Part shown: in pieces, positions 1-13,739 of the stretch | How positions within the stretch are numbered: position 1 is the first letter of the stretch | Layout: every line of letters begins with the position of its first letter | Source of the DNA: the human T2T-CHM13v2.0 reference genome, Homo sapiens | Length of the DNA: 64,000 nucleotides | Direction: 5' to 3' (one strand) | NCBI RefSeq assembly: GCF_009914755.1 | Contig: NC_060939.1 | Program-made: the position numbers and the translations under genes | The notes under the pieces: generated by a model | What the model was told of the DNA's origin: nothing | What the model saw: the letters and a program-made list of their open reading frames with translations, nothing else | The model's database searches: none

Positions 1-875
1 TGGGCTTTATTTGATGTTTGCTATAGCTTTAACTGCCAGAGCCTTCAGGTTCTTCTAGTGTTCCTGTTTTTGTCTTCCCTCTTGATGTCTGTCTTCCTTA
101 ATTAAGTACTCTTTCTCAGAGAATCTACAGCTTTTTGGACTGTAGTTCACAGTAGTTATACTGGACCCCTGTTGGTGGGGTGGTAGGTGGGGATGAGGGG
201 AAGAAGTGTTCTGTAATCCTATGTTACATGGTAGCATTGTAGTAGGCCTGTGTGTCTGGGCTCTGACCTTCACAAGTGTTTCTCTAGTGGTATAGCAGTG
301 GTATAGCTTTTTCCCTTCTTAGGTAAGACAGAAAGGCTACAGGCTGCTGGAGTGGGACCAGTGTAATTTCCCTAGCAGGGATAAGCTCTGAGAAACCCTG
401 GAGAGTAGGCTTTTTTGTGGAGAAGGCTCTGGGTGACCTGTTTCCCAGTGATTACTTCTCCCCTTCTCTTGCTGGAGCCACAAGGAGATCTTCCTTGCAC
501 ATTTACTATGAGAACCTGGTGGAGTTTCTAGACATAAAACCCATGAAATTGTAGAGACCTCAGCAAGACTGTGGCTGTCTGGGGGCTTCTCACTCTCATT
601 CATTGCTGGTTCACACTCAGCAACCAGAGATTCACTGAAATTACCATTTAAGCATTACCACAAGTTCATAGCTCCAGTGGCTTCTGCTTTGAGTGAGCAG
701 ATTTTGGCTGTGCCCTGAATTTCATGTCTCTCCATATTTCAGTGTGGTACTTACCCTGCAGCAGCAGTCCCTCCTGAGTCCAATAAATGTCATTGATTTT
801 TCATTTCATTCATTTTTTTTTTCTGTTGTTATGAGAGTGATTAATTCTAAGCTATTTACATGCCAGAGCTAAAAA
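1..875 (-). mobile_element. Old L1M 5' region, degraded
   Basis: Resembles antisense L1M 5'UTR, ending ...TTTACATGCCAGAGCTAAAA; subfamily uncertain. Confidence 0.5.
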
Positions 876-899
876 ATGATGGAGGTTTGAATTAGTCTT

Positions 900-3100
900 T
901 GATTTATACTTATATTTTTGAGGAACTCATACTTCCTTAATCTGAGGAAAAGTTGGCCAATTCTGGAAATTTCTCAGCCATTATTTCTTTAACCTTTCTT
1001 TTATGAAACTATTTTATACACATATTGAATCTTTTCATTGTGTCCTTCAAGTCTTTCAAGCATTCGCATTTTCCATCTCTTTATCTTTCTGAGTTACATT
1101 TTAGGTCATTTTGTTGAGTCTGTCTTCAGCTTACTAATTATCATTTCTGTTCTTTCCAATTCATTGTTTAACCCACCCATTGAGCTTTTATTTCAGTTAC
1201 TAAATTTTTCATTTTGTAAAGCTCTTACTTTTGTTTTCTTCCAAATCTGCGTTTTTACCCCTAGAATATCTTATTCTTTTACTATGTTTTTGATTTCTGT
1301 AGTGCATTTAATCACGTTAAACATATTTATTCAGTATTATCCCTCTGATATTTCTCTTGTCTGTATTTTTGGGGGCTTATTCCTCCTGACTTGGTTTTCT
1401 CTCTTTCACTCATGGAAAATGTTATACTTTATGTATTTTGTATTTTTGATCAGGAGGGTATAATCATTGTGTTTTCTATGCAACAATTTTTTATTATTAT
1501 TTTCTTTCTTTTGTCTTTTTTGTGGTTTGCTAATTTGTTTGTTCTCATTGCGTCTGTCTGGGTCCTCAAGTTTTACTGGTCTAGAACAACTTCTAAGCTA
1601 ATGCCATGACTTGCAAAGTTCCTAGGCTTTGTGAATTGGTTACATTTGAATTCTCCATCAGAAAGAAGGCTGATACATTTTCAGGAAATAGAGTGTACCC
1701 TGACCTGGTTCTCCACTTTCAGCCCAGAATGACACAGACTAACTTGCTTCTTTCTTGGCCAATGGTCTCTTCAAATTTCCTGGACCATGCTGGTAGAAGT
1801 AGGTGGGGGGTTTGGTTCAGCTCTCCACCTACGAAAGAGAATCTTTTCTATAGTCCCACTTAGGCATTGTTTAGGCTCTCTGTGAATAACACTGGCCACT
1901 GGTCTCCATACTCCTGCACTCTGCTATGGTGTCAGCTCACGTACTTACAATGTTCTTTTCAATTTCCTCTTGGATTTTGTTGTTGTTGTTGTTTTGAAGG
2001 ATTTCTTGTGCTTTCTTGTGAGCCAAAATCAGCATTTAAAAAGACATTTGTTTGATTTTCTCCAGAATTTCCAGGTGTTTGTAGCAGGATAGTATTAACA
2101 TTATAGAGTCTCCTGTTTTGCTAGGACCAGAAGCAGGGCCCCCATGTATTATCCCGGCATACTTAACTAGTTTCTCTGTGTTGTAGTCACCATTTCAGCT
2201 CTAGCTATGGCTTCTTTGTTTCACTTCCATTTCCAACTTCTGTAATGGATGTAATCTCTTGGTGTGTTTGCTCTGCAGACACTGTGATTATCTTACACCG
2301 TGGTTATCTCAGGTCCTGCCTTCATGCCAGTAACTTAATTTTTTAGCTGTGTCTGTTTTGTTCCTTTCTGTTTCTCATCTAACTACGTAATAATTTGTTT
2401 TGGTTCTCAGTTTATTTGTTTAGCTCTGCAATGTTCCTTTTATTCTGTTATTTTATTAGCTCATCTTTGAAATCATGCTTAATTTGATCCAAGACTTATA
2501 TAGTGTAATATAAAGAACTCATGAGAAGCATGCCCTTCTTATTTGGGCTTTTTTCCAGGCTACTTTGTATATTAGTTGTGTGTGTATGCCTGGCTGCCTT
2601 TCTTCTTTGTGCTTGTTATTTTAAAATTTTTATTTATGTATATATTTAATCATTCATTCATTCATACTCATACTTCCTTCTTGTGGCTGTCATTCCAATT
2701 TGTTTTCATCTGGCCCATGCCTCATTCGTATTTTCTGTGATGTAGTAGAGATGCATTATTTTTATGTTATACTTTCCTGATTCGTGGCCTGATTTATTTT
2801 TGTCTTTGTTTCTTAAGCCAATTAACCTATATTATTTATAGAAGTATTAGAAATATCAAATAACAAAAACAAAACCAAGAAAAATAAATGACTGCTTCTA
2901 AATCCTGCTCCTAACTTCCATTCATTCATCTTATCCCCTTCCCTTTCTATTGGCCTTTGGAACCCACTTTGCACCGGTTCCATACCAAGGGCTCTGTTGG
3001 GGTCTCCTTATCTCTAACTCAGTTCCTTAGAGGACCCCAATTGTGATGAGATTTGTTGCAGCTAGCTTTCTGACAATTCATTGAAAAAGCCTGATATTGA
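900..3100 (-). mobile_element. Degraded L1M/L1ME/HAL1-type ORF1 and 5' fragments
   Basis: T-rich antisense L1 motifs such as TTCTGGAAATTTCTCAGCCATTATTTCTT; boundaries approximate. Confidence 0.45.
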
Positions 3101-4799
3101 AATTACAGAAATTTTGTAACCAAGGCATTTGTGGGAGTCTGGCTGTGTGTATAGGTGTTTGCTTTTAGTCCAGAGAGATACAACTTGTAAACACTCAAGG
3201 AAATTCCTGAAAACTGATTCAGTTGGGATGATGGCTTAAACTTAAAGGGAGATTTATCCTTTCTGTTCAAGGGTAGTTCAGATGAAGTTTGATTCCTGCT
3301 CCACTCAGTATGCCGGAAACCCAGCATCTCTCTTCCTCTTTCTCCTCTACTCCACAATCTTCCTATCACTACCCATTGTCAGCTCTGCTAATTCAAGATC
3401 GATTCCTTCTCTGTTAGAGTCTGCTCTCATGATCCACCTTCCAGGCTTCATTCCCCAAGAGGTAGGTCCTTTGAGGGAGATAGGGGGCCCTTTCTCATAG
3501 AAGGAAAGGAAACCTTTCAGTTGCAGTGAAAAGTGCATGCTTGAACTCTTCCTCCCTCCCTGAGAAGGATGGGGCAGCTCTGGGCATGGGAGTCCACCCA
3601 GCGAGAACCAAGTGGACATCAGGTTGGGTGGGGCTCACCTCCCCCGGGCAAGCTCTCTTATTCCTGCACACACAGGCAGCTGAACACCTTGGTCTGCCTT
3701 GCTCCCTTCAATCTGGCATTGGGCAAATTGGATCTGGATTTCACAGGGGAAACAAAAGTCAGTGGTGTTGCCCGGATCCAGGTCCTAAGCTCAGGAAACC
3801 CACCTGCCTCTGTTCACCTGGCATTTATTCTCCCTAAAGGAGCCAGGCTGATCAGCCAGTTTTCCATCTTGTCATCATGGGTCTTTCCTGGGATTATGTC
3901 TCAAGGAATCACATGCTGACCTGTTGGGAGGAAAAAAAATATGTATATAAATATACACGTATTACACTGTGGTCTGATTTTTTAAATCCCTTAAGCCTTA
4001 TACGTTGCATTGTTCTTGAAATCAGTGTTCTCGAACTGTGCAGGATTAACTTTGGTAGTTAAAAATAGAATCAAAGAGTTCAGAATCACTCTGCTGGGGG
4101 AGTTCTAGAGGCAGAAGTTTTTCCAAAGACTGCAGTCTCTGCCTCAGTGGCTCTTTGGAGCAACGTCTCCAATCTCAGGATCTTCGGGGTGCTGTGTTTT
4201 AAAGCATAATGCATTTCCTCTATTTGTCAGGTTTAACGGTACCGTCAGAAATAAGCATATATCTGTAAACAGTTCGGCTGTGATTAAGGAGCTCCAGAAT
4301 CCTAGAAATAGTGAAGTTCCTTAGCTTAACCCTTTGCCAAGGTGGCTAGCTGGTGGATGAGGCCAGGATCCAAGGCTTGAAGGAAGTCAGGTTGCACACA
4401 CTTTTTGAAAAGATTCTCATCTGCACATTGATGCATCGCAGAATAACCATGAACCCACTGGGAATATTAAATGCTGACCTCTAGACACTTAATTCCTAAG
4501 CCTTAATTTTCAGTGGGAACCAAACCAACCAGGTTTCAAAGATGAGCCAATAAAATAACAGAATAAAAGGAACATTGCAGAGCTAAATGAATAAACTGAG
4601 AATCAAAACAAATTATTACACAGTTAAATTAGAAACAGAAAACCAACCAGTAATTATGTGCCACCCCTAAAAATAGGCAGCCGCAGATAGTGAGGAGATA
4701 TTGCCAGTTCGGGCCAATTCTCTTAGCCTTTTCAGTACCTTTCTATCAAAGGAACTTTTTTCCGATAATTTAACAGTGGAGAATTTTGCTATATTTTAG

Positions 4800-5098
<299 letters not shown>

Positions 5099-5159
5099 CT
5101 TAGGCACTTTTCTTCCTGCTACCTATTCAGTCCTTGCAGCATGCTGCAGAGAGAGCAAT

Positions 5160-5275
5160 TGATAGCCATTACCCTTGTTTTTACAAATAAGGGAACTGAG
5201 TCTCAGAAAAGTTCAGGGGATGGGACTACCCCTAGCCCACATGGCTAGTGAATAGCAGAGCCCAGAGCCTGTGAT
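5160..5275 (-). mobile_element. MIR fragment
   Basis: TTTTACAAATAAGGGAACTGAGTCTCAGAAAAGTT MIR core. Confidence 0.6.
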
Positions 5276-5423
5276 ATCTATAGTTTTCACATTGTGTCCC
5301 CAACAAACAGACCCTGAGCAATCCCAAAATGTGAGCAGAGGTAGAGCCGAGCTCTGTATCCCGAGAGGGCCAGGCCCTGTGGTACGAGGACCAGGATGGT
5401 CCTAGAAATGCCAAGCTCCCCAT

Positions 5424-5937
5424 CAGCAGCTCTCAGACATCCAGGCTTCAGGACTCCGTTGCTCTCCTTAAGGTTATTGAAGATCGTCTAAGTTTTGTTT
5501 ATGTGATTATATCTATCAATATTTAACACATTGGAGATAAAACTAAGAAGCATTTTAAAGTTCAGTAATTCACTTAATATAATAAGGCCATTCCATAAAT
5601 AGCAAGATGTTAACATAAATAGCATTTTATGGAAAATAACCATATTTTCACCCAAGAAATCAGTGGGAAGGGTGGCGTTGCTTTTTATTGTTGCAAATCT
5701 CCTTAATGCCTCATGTAATAGAAGACATCTGGACTCTCTGACCAGCTTCTGCATTCAGTCTGCTGCTGGTCCCTACGTCCTGTAGCCTCCGCAAAGCTCT
5801 ATGGAAGACTCAAGGGAAAAGGGGGATGAAAGAGGGAAATAACGTCTAACCATTATGAAAAAAAGATTTGACTCACTGGTCCTCTGAAAGCATTTCAGAA
5901 ACCCAGGGGTTCCAAGCCCATACTTTGAAAACTTCTG
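5424..5937. mobile_element. hAT-Charlie DNA transposon (Charlie1b-like)
   Basis: TIR-like ends CAGCAGCTCTCAGA...TTTGAAAACTTCTG; internal TTTTGTTTATGTGATTATATCTATCAATATTTA typical of Charlie1. Confidence 0.75.
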
Positions 5938-6429
5938 TCTTGTACAATTACCAAAGGGAATTATTTTCCGTGATCGTAATCACAGTGTTTGCTGTTACAA
6001 CAAGGAGGACAGAATCACATCATGGTTCAAAACACAAGTGTTGAAAACTAAACTTTATGAAACTGAAATCCAACCCCCTAACCTCTTAAACAGGTTTCTG
6101 TACTTAGCTGTGTGACCTAGGGCCAGGAGCTTGTTTGTTTCATAATTGATATATTTATGCATTCCTCTTCTCCTTTGATTATAAAGGTAATACCTGCTCA
6201 TAGCAAAGCATTCAAACAGAAAAGAGACATATAAAATTAAATTTGGGGGGTCTCCCATAATCTCCATTATTAAATGAGAAAAATAATAGTATTTATTTTG
6301 CTGGATTATTGTCGTGAAGCCAAAATGCGTTGTTTGCGTGTGCATGTGACATTTAGAAATGCAAACTCTGTTTAAGGGTTAGCTTTGTTATTTTCAGGTA
6401 TCGTCAATACCTGATACCTGATATTTATT

Positions 6430-6550
6430 GATATCCTCTTGGTAAAGTACTTGTTCATCTTTTGCCCATTTTTCTATTGGATTGCCTGCCCTTTTCTGAT
6501 TGATTTTTTGGAGTTTATTTCTTATTCTGGATATGAGTCTTTTGTCAGAC
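6430..6550 (-). mobile_element. L1M ORF2 3' fragment
   Basis: TCTTTTGCCCATTTTTCTATTGG...TATTCTGGATATGAGTCTTTTGTCAGA. Confidence 0.6.
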
Positions 6551-7452
6551 CTACTATCTTGCTGACTCAGGGAAAACCTCAGTTTGTTATGCTGTAAAAC
6601 TAAGAAAAAAATATGGTTGGTGTAAAGATTAAATTAGATAAAAGAAGTCACCGTTTATAAACTTTAGACTGCTACACAAATATGAATTTATATTATCCAG
6701 CTATTTTCTCTGCAAACAAGAATTTAGAAATGGTGGTGGTTAGGTCTATTGTTATGTTTTTGCTTTTTTTTTTTCCTCAGCATCTACACAAAGGAAAAAG
6801 AAATAATGTGATGGGAGCTCTGTAAAATCACATGGAATGATGTTACCCAGTAATTCACGAAAGAATAATTGCTGCAGAAATGCAAGATAGCACATTACGC
6901 ATTACCACGACAGTTGTACTCTAAACCAGATAGACGATTATTCAGAGAGATTGATTTTAAAAAGCACGATCACTTAAATCAAAGCATGCTCTCAACTGAA
7001 GAGCTCAGATGGAAAAAGAATGAAGGGAGTTAGGCGCGTTGACTCGAGGGTGCCTTGCCACACCGGCCTTCTGGGATTCTGTGGCGGGCTGGGGACCCTG
7101 CCTCCTCCTGTCTTCATCCCAGAGGGAGAGGGGAGTGTAGATCTTGCAGGAGAGCCGTGTGTGTGAGTAGCCACGTGGTGACAGCCATTGGCACTGAGTG
7201 ACATCGCACAGATTGCAGCATGCTCCTCCTCTTCCCACCTGCTGTAGCAGACAGGGCAGCTGTTTGCATCCCTGTTTCGGAGGAGAGAACATTGAAATGC
7301 ACAGAAGCCAATTGCCTGCTGAGTCGGGAGCCCCCAGGGTCTTTTGCCTGTGTGGACTCTGCTCCTCCATGCCCTCCTGCCCAGTTGGGGAGGGCAGGAA
7401 TAGCCAGGGGGGCAGCTTGAGGATCTGGAATTGCTGAAACCCACTTTCACAG

Positions 7453-7803
7453 TGCAATGGTCTGAATGTTTTTTTCCCCCACTAAATGCATATGTTGAGA
7501 TCTGAATCCCCAAGGCGATGGTATTAGGAGGTGATTAGTCCATGACGGTGCAGTCATGATGGATGGTCCCCATATATACAAGGCCCCAGAGACCTCCCGC
7601 GCCCCTTCCACCATGCGAGGACACAGTGAAAGGTGGCTGCCTATGATCCGGGAAGCCAGCCCCCACCAGACACCAGGGTTCAACCATAGTGGCAGGTTAA
7701 TCATGGACTTCCAGCCGCCAGAACTGTGAGAAACAAACTTCTATTTTTTATAAGCTACCCAGTGTATGATATTTTGTTATAAGCGTCCAAATGGAATTAA
7801 ACA
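7453..7803 (+). mobile_element. MLT1A-type MaLR solo LTR
   Basis: TG...CA ends; ATGGTCTGAATG start; GGACTTCCAGCCGCCAGAACTGTGAGAAACAAA near the 3' end. Confidence 0.8.
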
Positions 7804-9021
7804 TAGAGTCTGTGCTACTTAATTGCAGGCCCCTAGGTTCCTGTGGAATACTGTTCTTCGGGAGACTAAATGTGCATATTTATTCACAGGCCTCTGGGCC
7901 AGGGTTGGATGTTTCTGTCCCCTCTCTTGCAGGAACCCCCTTGTTTGACTCGGGTGGCCTCCAACTTGGGAGGGAGTGACTGCTGTAGGCAGCTCTGCCT
8001 GCTGATTCATGGTTTCAGGCTCAAGTGCTGCATGGCAGGCTGGGGGCTCTGGCAGCAGTGAAGGATATTTGGGTGAAAGAGAAGGAAACTTCCCTCCTGG
8101 GGTGAGGAACTGGATTTTGTCCCTAGGTAAATTCTGGGCAGTGGGAGTGGAGCCCCTGCATACCTGCCCTGAGTGTCCTTCTGCCGGGGGCCAGAGGGCC
8201 ATGTGGGAACTATAATTCCATCTGGGGACTTTCCACACTCAGAGGTGTGGCCACCATCCCCAGGTCTCCCAGTTCACCTGCAGCCTGTGTGGCCAAGTAC
8301 AAATCCCGAGGCAAGGAAGTTGAGTGCAGAGCTGAAGCCCTCCCCCAGGTCCTCTGTGCAGAAGCCTGTCAGGAAGCAGGGGGCTGAGCTCAGCTTTAGT
8401 GCAGCAGGGTCGGGACGTGCTTGCCAAGGATCGAGGAAGGAAAAGGCTGTGGGGAAAGGGGAGGGGACAGATGGACTCTGAACCTGCTTTTGGAGCAGCC
8501 TCTGGGGAGGGAGGGCTTTTCTTGCCAGCCGGTCAAGGTCTTATAGGAGAAGACACGGCACCTGCAGACCTATTGCTGCCAGAGTCCCACAGAACCTCTT
8601 TGAGAAGGGGGAAAGGGGTAAGTCAAGAGCCATTTTGCAAATGAGGAGACTGAGTCCTGCAGCAACTGCCTCTCATCTGTGGTCACAGGCGTGGGGGCCT
8701 GGAGACAGTAATGCCTGGATAGAGCCTTGGAAAGCAGAGCTGGTGGTGGGAACCGAGGGATAAAGGCTCAGGACTGGGTGCACATGGTGGATGTGAGGGG
8801 ATCCACATACTGTGGTATTGCAGGATCACAGGTGGTTAAAGCAGAGGCTCAGCCCCAGGACGCCACCCCTTGTCACTCTGGGTGAAGTCCATGTCCTTGT
8901 CTTCCTCCTTGTAGGGACCCTGTTTTCCCTCCCTCCGTGATCCTTGTTACCATTTGTTGTTATATGTTGTTATAAGTGTATCATTATTGTGTTGTAGAAT
9001 CCTACCTCATCCCCCCCCACC

Positions 9022-9022
<1 letters not shown>

Positions 9023-9062
<40 letters not shown>
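9023..9062. repeat. (AC)20 perfect microsatellite
   Basis: Read directly; preceded by a C8 run. Confidence 0.97.
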
Positions 9063-9064
<2 letters not shown>

Positions 9065-9094
9065 TTTATTCTAGGAGCTCAGGAGCAATATTAA

Positions 9095-9175
9095 TTTCCA
9101 CTGCACACATCAGGCAAGCATAATGCTGGGGACAGGAGGTGTTCCATAAATGTTGCATGAACGAATGAATGAAAA
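9095..9175 (+). mobile_element. L2 3' end
   Basis: ...CATAAATGTTGCATGAACGAATGAATGAA tail. Confidence 0.6.
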
Positions 9176-11457
9176 CTCGGCTGGACCATGGCTTGTAGCA
9201 ATGGCTTGTGCACTTCACTCAAGATTCTTGACTTGATCCTTTGGGCAGTGCAGTTGGAGGAGGGTGATCTGATCATATGGATGGTCAGAAAGTCCAGTGT
9301 GAAGATGAGTAGAGGACAGCCTCTGTGTGTGTGCACCTGCGTGTGCATAGGGGCAGCAGGCTGCACAGTGGGAATGGGAAGGAGGTGAGGGACCTTGTCA
9401 CTGCAAACAGAGAGCCAAGAGACTCAGACCGTGTGTGGCCCGGACAGGTGCCAAGAGGAGGGAGATTGTTCTGGGAGCATGGTTCCTCATGCCCTCCTCT
9501 CTCCCTCTTGAGTCTTTGTGGGGGGTTCCCCTAACGGGTATCCCTGCATGCTCAGGTGGTGGTGGCTGCTGCTTGTTGATTACAGTTTGAAAAGCTGCAC
9601 TTGGTCCCAAGTTGCCACACACCACTGAAATTCAGTGTTCTCTAATGGGGTTTCTGTTAGAATGTTGGAAAGAAGAAAGCCTTTTAATTAGATTCGTAGT
9701 AATTGAGCTCCCAAACCACAGAAGCCTTTCTCTCAGCAGATGAAGACACAAATGCAATTAAAAGAAGGAAAGGCACCTAAATGGAACCCTTGCTAATTTT
9801 AAGTCCATTAAAAACAACAACTCCTTAATAAGTTGAGGCAACAGATACACGTTCTGAAGAGTTTTAACAGTGCTTCCCAATAATATTGGAGCTTGAACTG
9901 GAACTGGAGTGCTCCAGCCACTTAAATGGATAGCTCTGTTGGGGATCATTTGCTCAGTGCAGAGTACAGAGACATGTTAGCTCTACAGCTTTTCCCACCA
10001 AAAACTCCTGGCACATTTTATTAGGAAAATGGGATATATTTTTTCCTGTAACTGAATAAATGTTCAGCATCTTGTGGACATTGCCTCTGGCCTGGGGTCC
10101 CCTGAGACATCATCCCATGTCCCTCCCCAGGCAGCCCTCTCCTCTCTGTGGGATTTGCCCCACCTGGCCCATCTCACCCCAGAGGTGCCCAACATGTGAG
10201 CAACTGGGCTGGGGCACTGATGTCCCTGTCAACTGCTTACATGCTGAACGCATTTTCATTTTAATGAGAGGCAGCATTCGTTTTTCATTTGCATCCCTGC
10301 TCACTGACATGCCCCAGCAGATGCCACGTTCTTTCTGCCTTTGGGTCTTTTTTTTTTTGAAACTTCCCATCGGTGAACCAGGCCAAGTAGATTCTATTGC
10401 GGGAGCTTGAGGTTTCAGCTTCTGGGAACATCTTCACAGGGGCATTAATTAATATTTTCCCTGGAGAGGGTGTCAATTGCTAATTCACAGAGTCCTTTAC
10501 GTTGGAGTTGATTATTTCATGCTGAATCACAACATTCTCAGTATGACTATTGTACAGAATTCACTCATTTGCCTCCTTTCACTGGGCTTGGTCAGCCGTA
10601 CTAAAACGCAAGTTGCCTCCCATTTGGAAAGGCCAGTCTTGACGGGTCTCTTCTCTGTACGTCCTGTGCTGGAGCAAAGTCACAGCTGGTACACTAGCCA
10701 AGCTCCCTGATTAGTGCATAGGCTTAGCTGGAGGCAGAACTCAGGGAGGTGTTTTGGAAATGTAGGAAAATAAGCTCTGGAGTCAGAAAGATCCAAGTTT
10801 GAATGGCTGCTTCTAAAGTCACCTCATCTTTCTCACCTTTAGTTTATCACCTGGGTAGGCTTTACCTTCAGGTGTATTTCAAGAGCCCGATGTGCCTCCT
10901 AGAAGTTAGAGGTTGAGAGAAAAGCCCAGATCTGCAGGGACAAGGCAGAGTCATGGCCCTCATGGCACCACTCACACAGGGTGCAGCAGCTCCACACAGG
11001 GCCATGGCCCCTTTCCTGGGGGAGGGAGGCATAACATACTTGTATTTGTTTAAAAGCATATATATTTTGGAAACAAACCTGACTTTAAAAACTTGTATTT
11101 TCACCTACTTTTATGTTTTTTTTTAAGCATATGAATTATTTAAAAATACAAAGATAAATAGCTAAATCATTAGCAGGCATCATTTCTGGATGGTAAGGTT
11201 GCAGAGTTTTAATTTTCTTCTTTATACTTTTCCATCTTTTTTAAGTGCTGTATAATAAATGTGTCTTACTTTGGAATAAATAGAAAAGCTTAACTCTAGG
11301 GAAATGCTGCTTGCATATATTGGAAGTGCTTGGTGCATTCTAATTTCCACACACAACAACGCTCTCGACAGTCAGATCCCCATGTGAATAATTGTCTCAT
11401 TCTTTCTTTTGTAAACCATATTATTTATGCTGCTGCTTTTTTTTTTTTTTTTTGAAG

Positions 11458-11502
11458 GATGAGAAGAACCAAGTTTTAACCACCAACATTTGGCTGCAAA
11501 TG
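11458..11502 (+). CDS. CHRNA7: CHRNA7 coding exon 3 (45 nt, phase 0-0), DEKNQVLTTNIWLQM, precursor residues ~66-80 (beta1-beta2 loop and loop D Trp)
   Basis: Hand translation matches the alpha-7 nAChR sequence; T17 tract then GAAG acceptor (AG 11456-11457); donor ATG|GTAAGT at 11503. Confidence 0.98.
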
Positions 11503-12267
11503 GTAAGTTAAGAGAATGACAATCTCTCCCATGGGCTGCAAGATCTTGCACCCAAGATTCTTGTTCTGATACCTGAGATGCTTGCTTCTGAGAGGTCCTG
11601 TTTAGGAAAAAAAAACAAAAAAACAAAAGGCCATGGCTGTCACACCAACTCCACACCTGCCAACAATGAATGCTGGCTGTATGACACTACAGTCTGCAGT
11701 GCTCAACACATGCACAAGATCAACACATAGGACAAGGTAATGTGGGGACACTTCAGAAGCACTTCAGGCAAGACAAGAAGATACAGGGCTGTGTGTAGAT
11801 GTCCACAACCTGCACCACAGCCAGTCCCCAGGACTCAGAAGCTCCATCCCTGCCCTCTGTGGCCTCCGGAGCTGCATGTTTGAATCAGGTGGAGTGTTCC
11901 GAAACCAGAGGCCCTCGTACTTTGTGCTCTAGCAATGCTTATAAGAATCTTGAAATGCTACCTATCATTTGTAGATTTTTAACTTGACATCTGCAATACT
12001 AATCTAAATTTGATTAATTGCAAATGATGCCACTTAACATCCAATTGTAAATATTAACACTGAAAAATGAAACAGTCAGTCTCTATTTTAAATGGAATTC
12101 AAAATACCATAATAATTTGGTGCCCATCTCATTCAAACACCATATGAACAAGCCTTTTTTTAAACTGTCAGATATTTAACGTAGTCCCTTTTTTCTCTTT
12201 GCACATGCATTTCTATTCTAGTTTCTATACGGAATTTTATCCTAATGTAATATAATTTTATGTTTGA

Positions 12268-12613
<346 letters not shown>

Positions 12614-13363
12614 TAATCGTGCCTTGGTTTTTTCAAATGTAAATATTTACACAAGAATTATTCCTTTACACCGTAAGTATTAAATTTTGTTTCTTTTGGA
12701 TTGATTTAAGTTTGCTATTGTTATTGGTATAATTCATCAAGGTGACATAAATTAAAATTTTTAAGTAATTATAAAACATAAATTTTTATTGGCAATTTAT
12801 ATCTCTGCCCAAGATGAGTTTGTTTTAAATTAGTTCATGTATCCACAGATGACTTTTTATTACTTGAATGGAGAGAATGATAGTTTTCACTTCAATTCTG
12901 TTGCTGTTTTTTAACTAGGTGTAGTAACATGAGTAGTTGGACATGAAAGCCACTTTGTTAAAGCAATGTTACTCCATCTTTGAACTTCTTCTAGGTTATA
13001 TGCCAAAAATAATGTAGTTTTTATCAAATGTATCAGCTGACAGCTTGATTAGTTTCTCCTTCAATTTTGTTGAAAACAAAGAAAAGAATTTAAACCCACC
13101 TGACCTTTGAAAGTATTTGCCACCCAATTTGTAAGGTAATTCACACAGACACAAACGCTGATACTTGAATTGACCATTTGTTTGGTTCTTGAGTCAGTGT
13201 CCCAAGATGGGAGTTGAGGTAAGATAAGAGAAATGTGCCCTTCTTTATAAAGTTGAATGGGAGAAGTGAAAATGGAGGCAAAGGATAGTCCCATGTGGTT
13301 CTTGGGCAGTTGAGTTATCCTGCGAATACACGTGGAGTTGAGGGATAGAAAATGGATCTGCAT

Positions 13364-13590
13364 CCAGCCTGGCCAACATGGTGCAACCCTGTCTCTACTA
13401 AAAATACAAAACTTAGCTGGGTGTGGTGGTGCACACCTGTAATCCCAGCTACTCAGGAGGCTGAGCCAGGAGAATCACTTGAACCTGGGAGGCAGAGGTT
13501 GCAGTGAGCTGAGATTGCACCACTGCACTACAGCCTGGGGAACAGAGCAAGACTCAATCTCAAGAAAAAAAAAAAAAAAGAAAGAAAAAG
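13364..13590 (+). mobile_element. 5'-truncated AluS
   Basis: Starts CCAGCCTGGCCAACATGG; poly(A) tail; TSD AGAAAATGGAT(C/G)TGC on both sides. Confidence 0.9.
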
Positions 13591-13739
13591 AAAATGGATG
13601 TGCTTAAAGCCATTGCTAGGTCTCCAAGGTGCACCCATAGCTACATGTGAGACTCCTGCAGAACCTAACATTAGTCAGGTGAGAGCCCTTGAGATATTCC
13701 CTTGCAGGATTTAAAGCAGCATACTTCAGTGAGCATATC

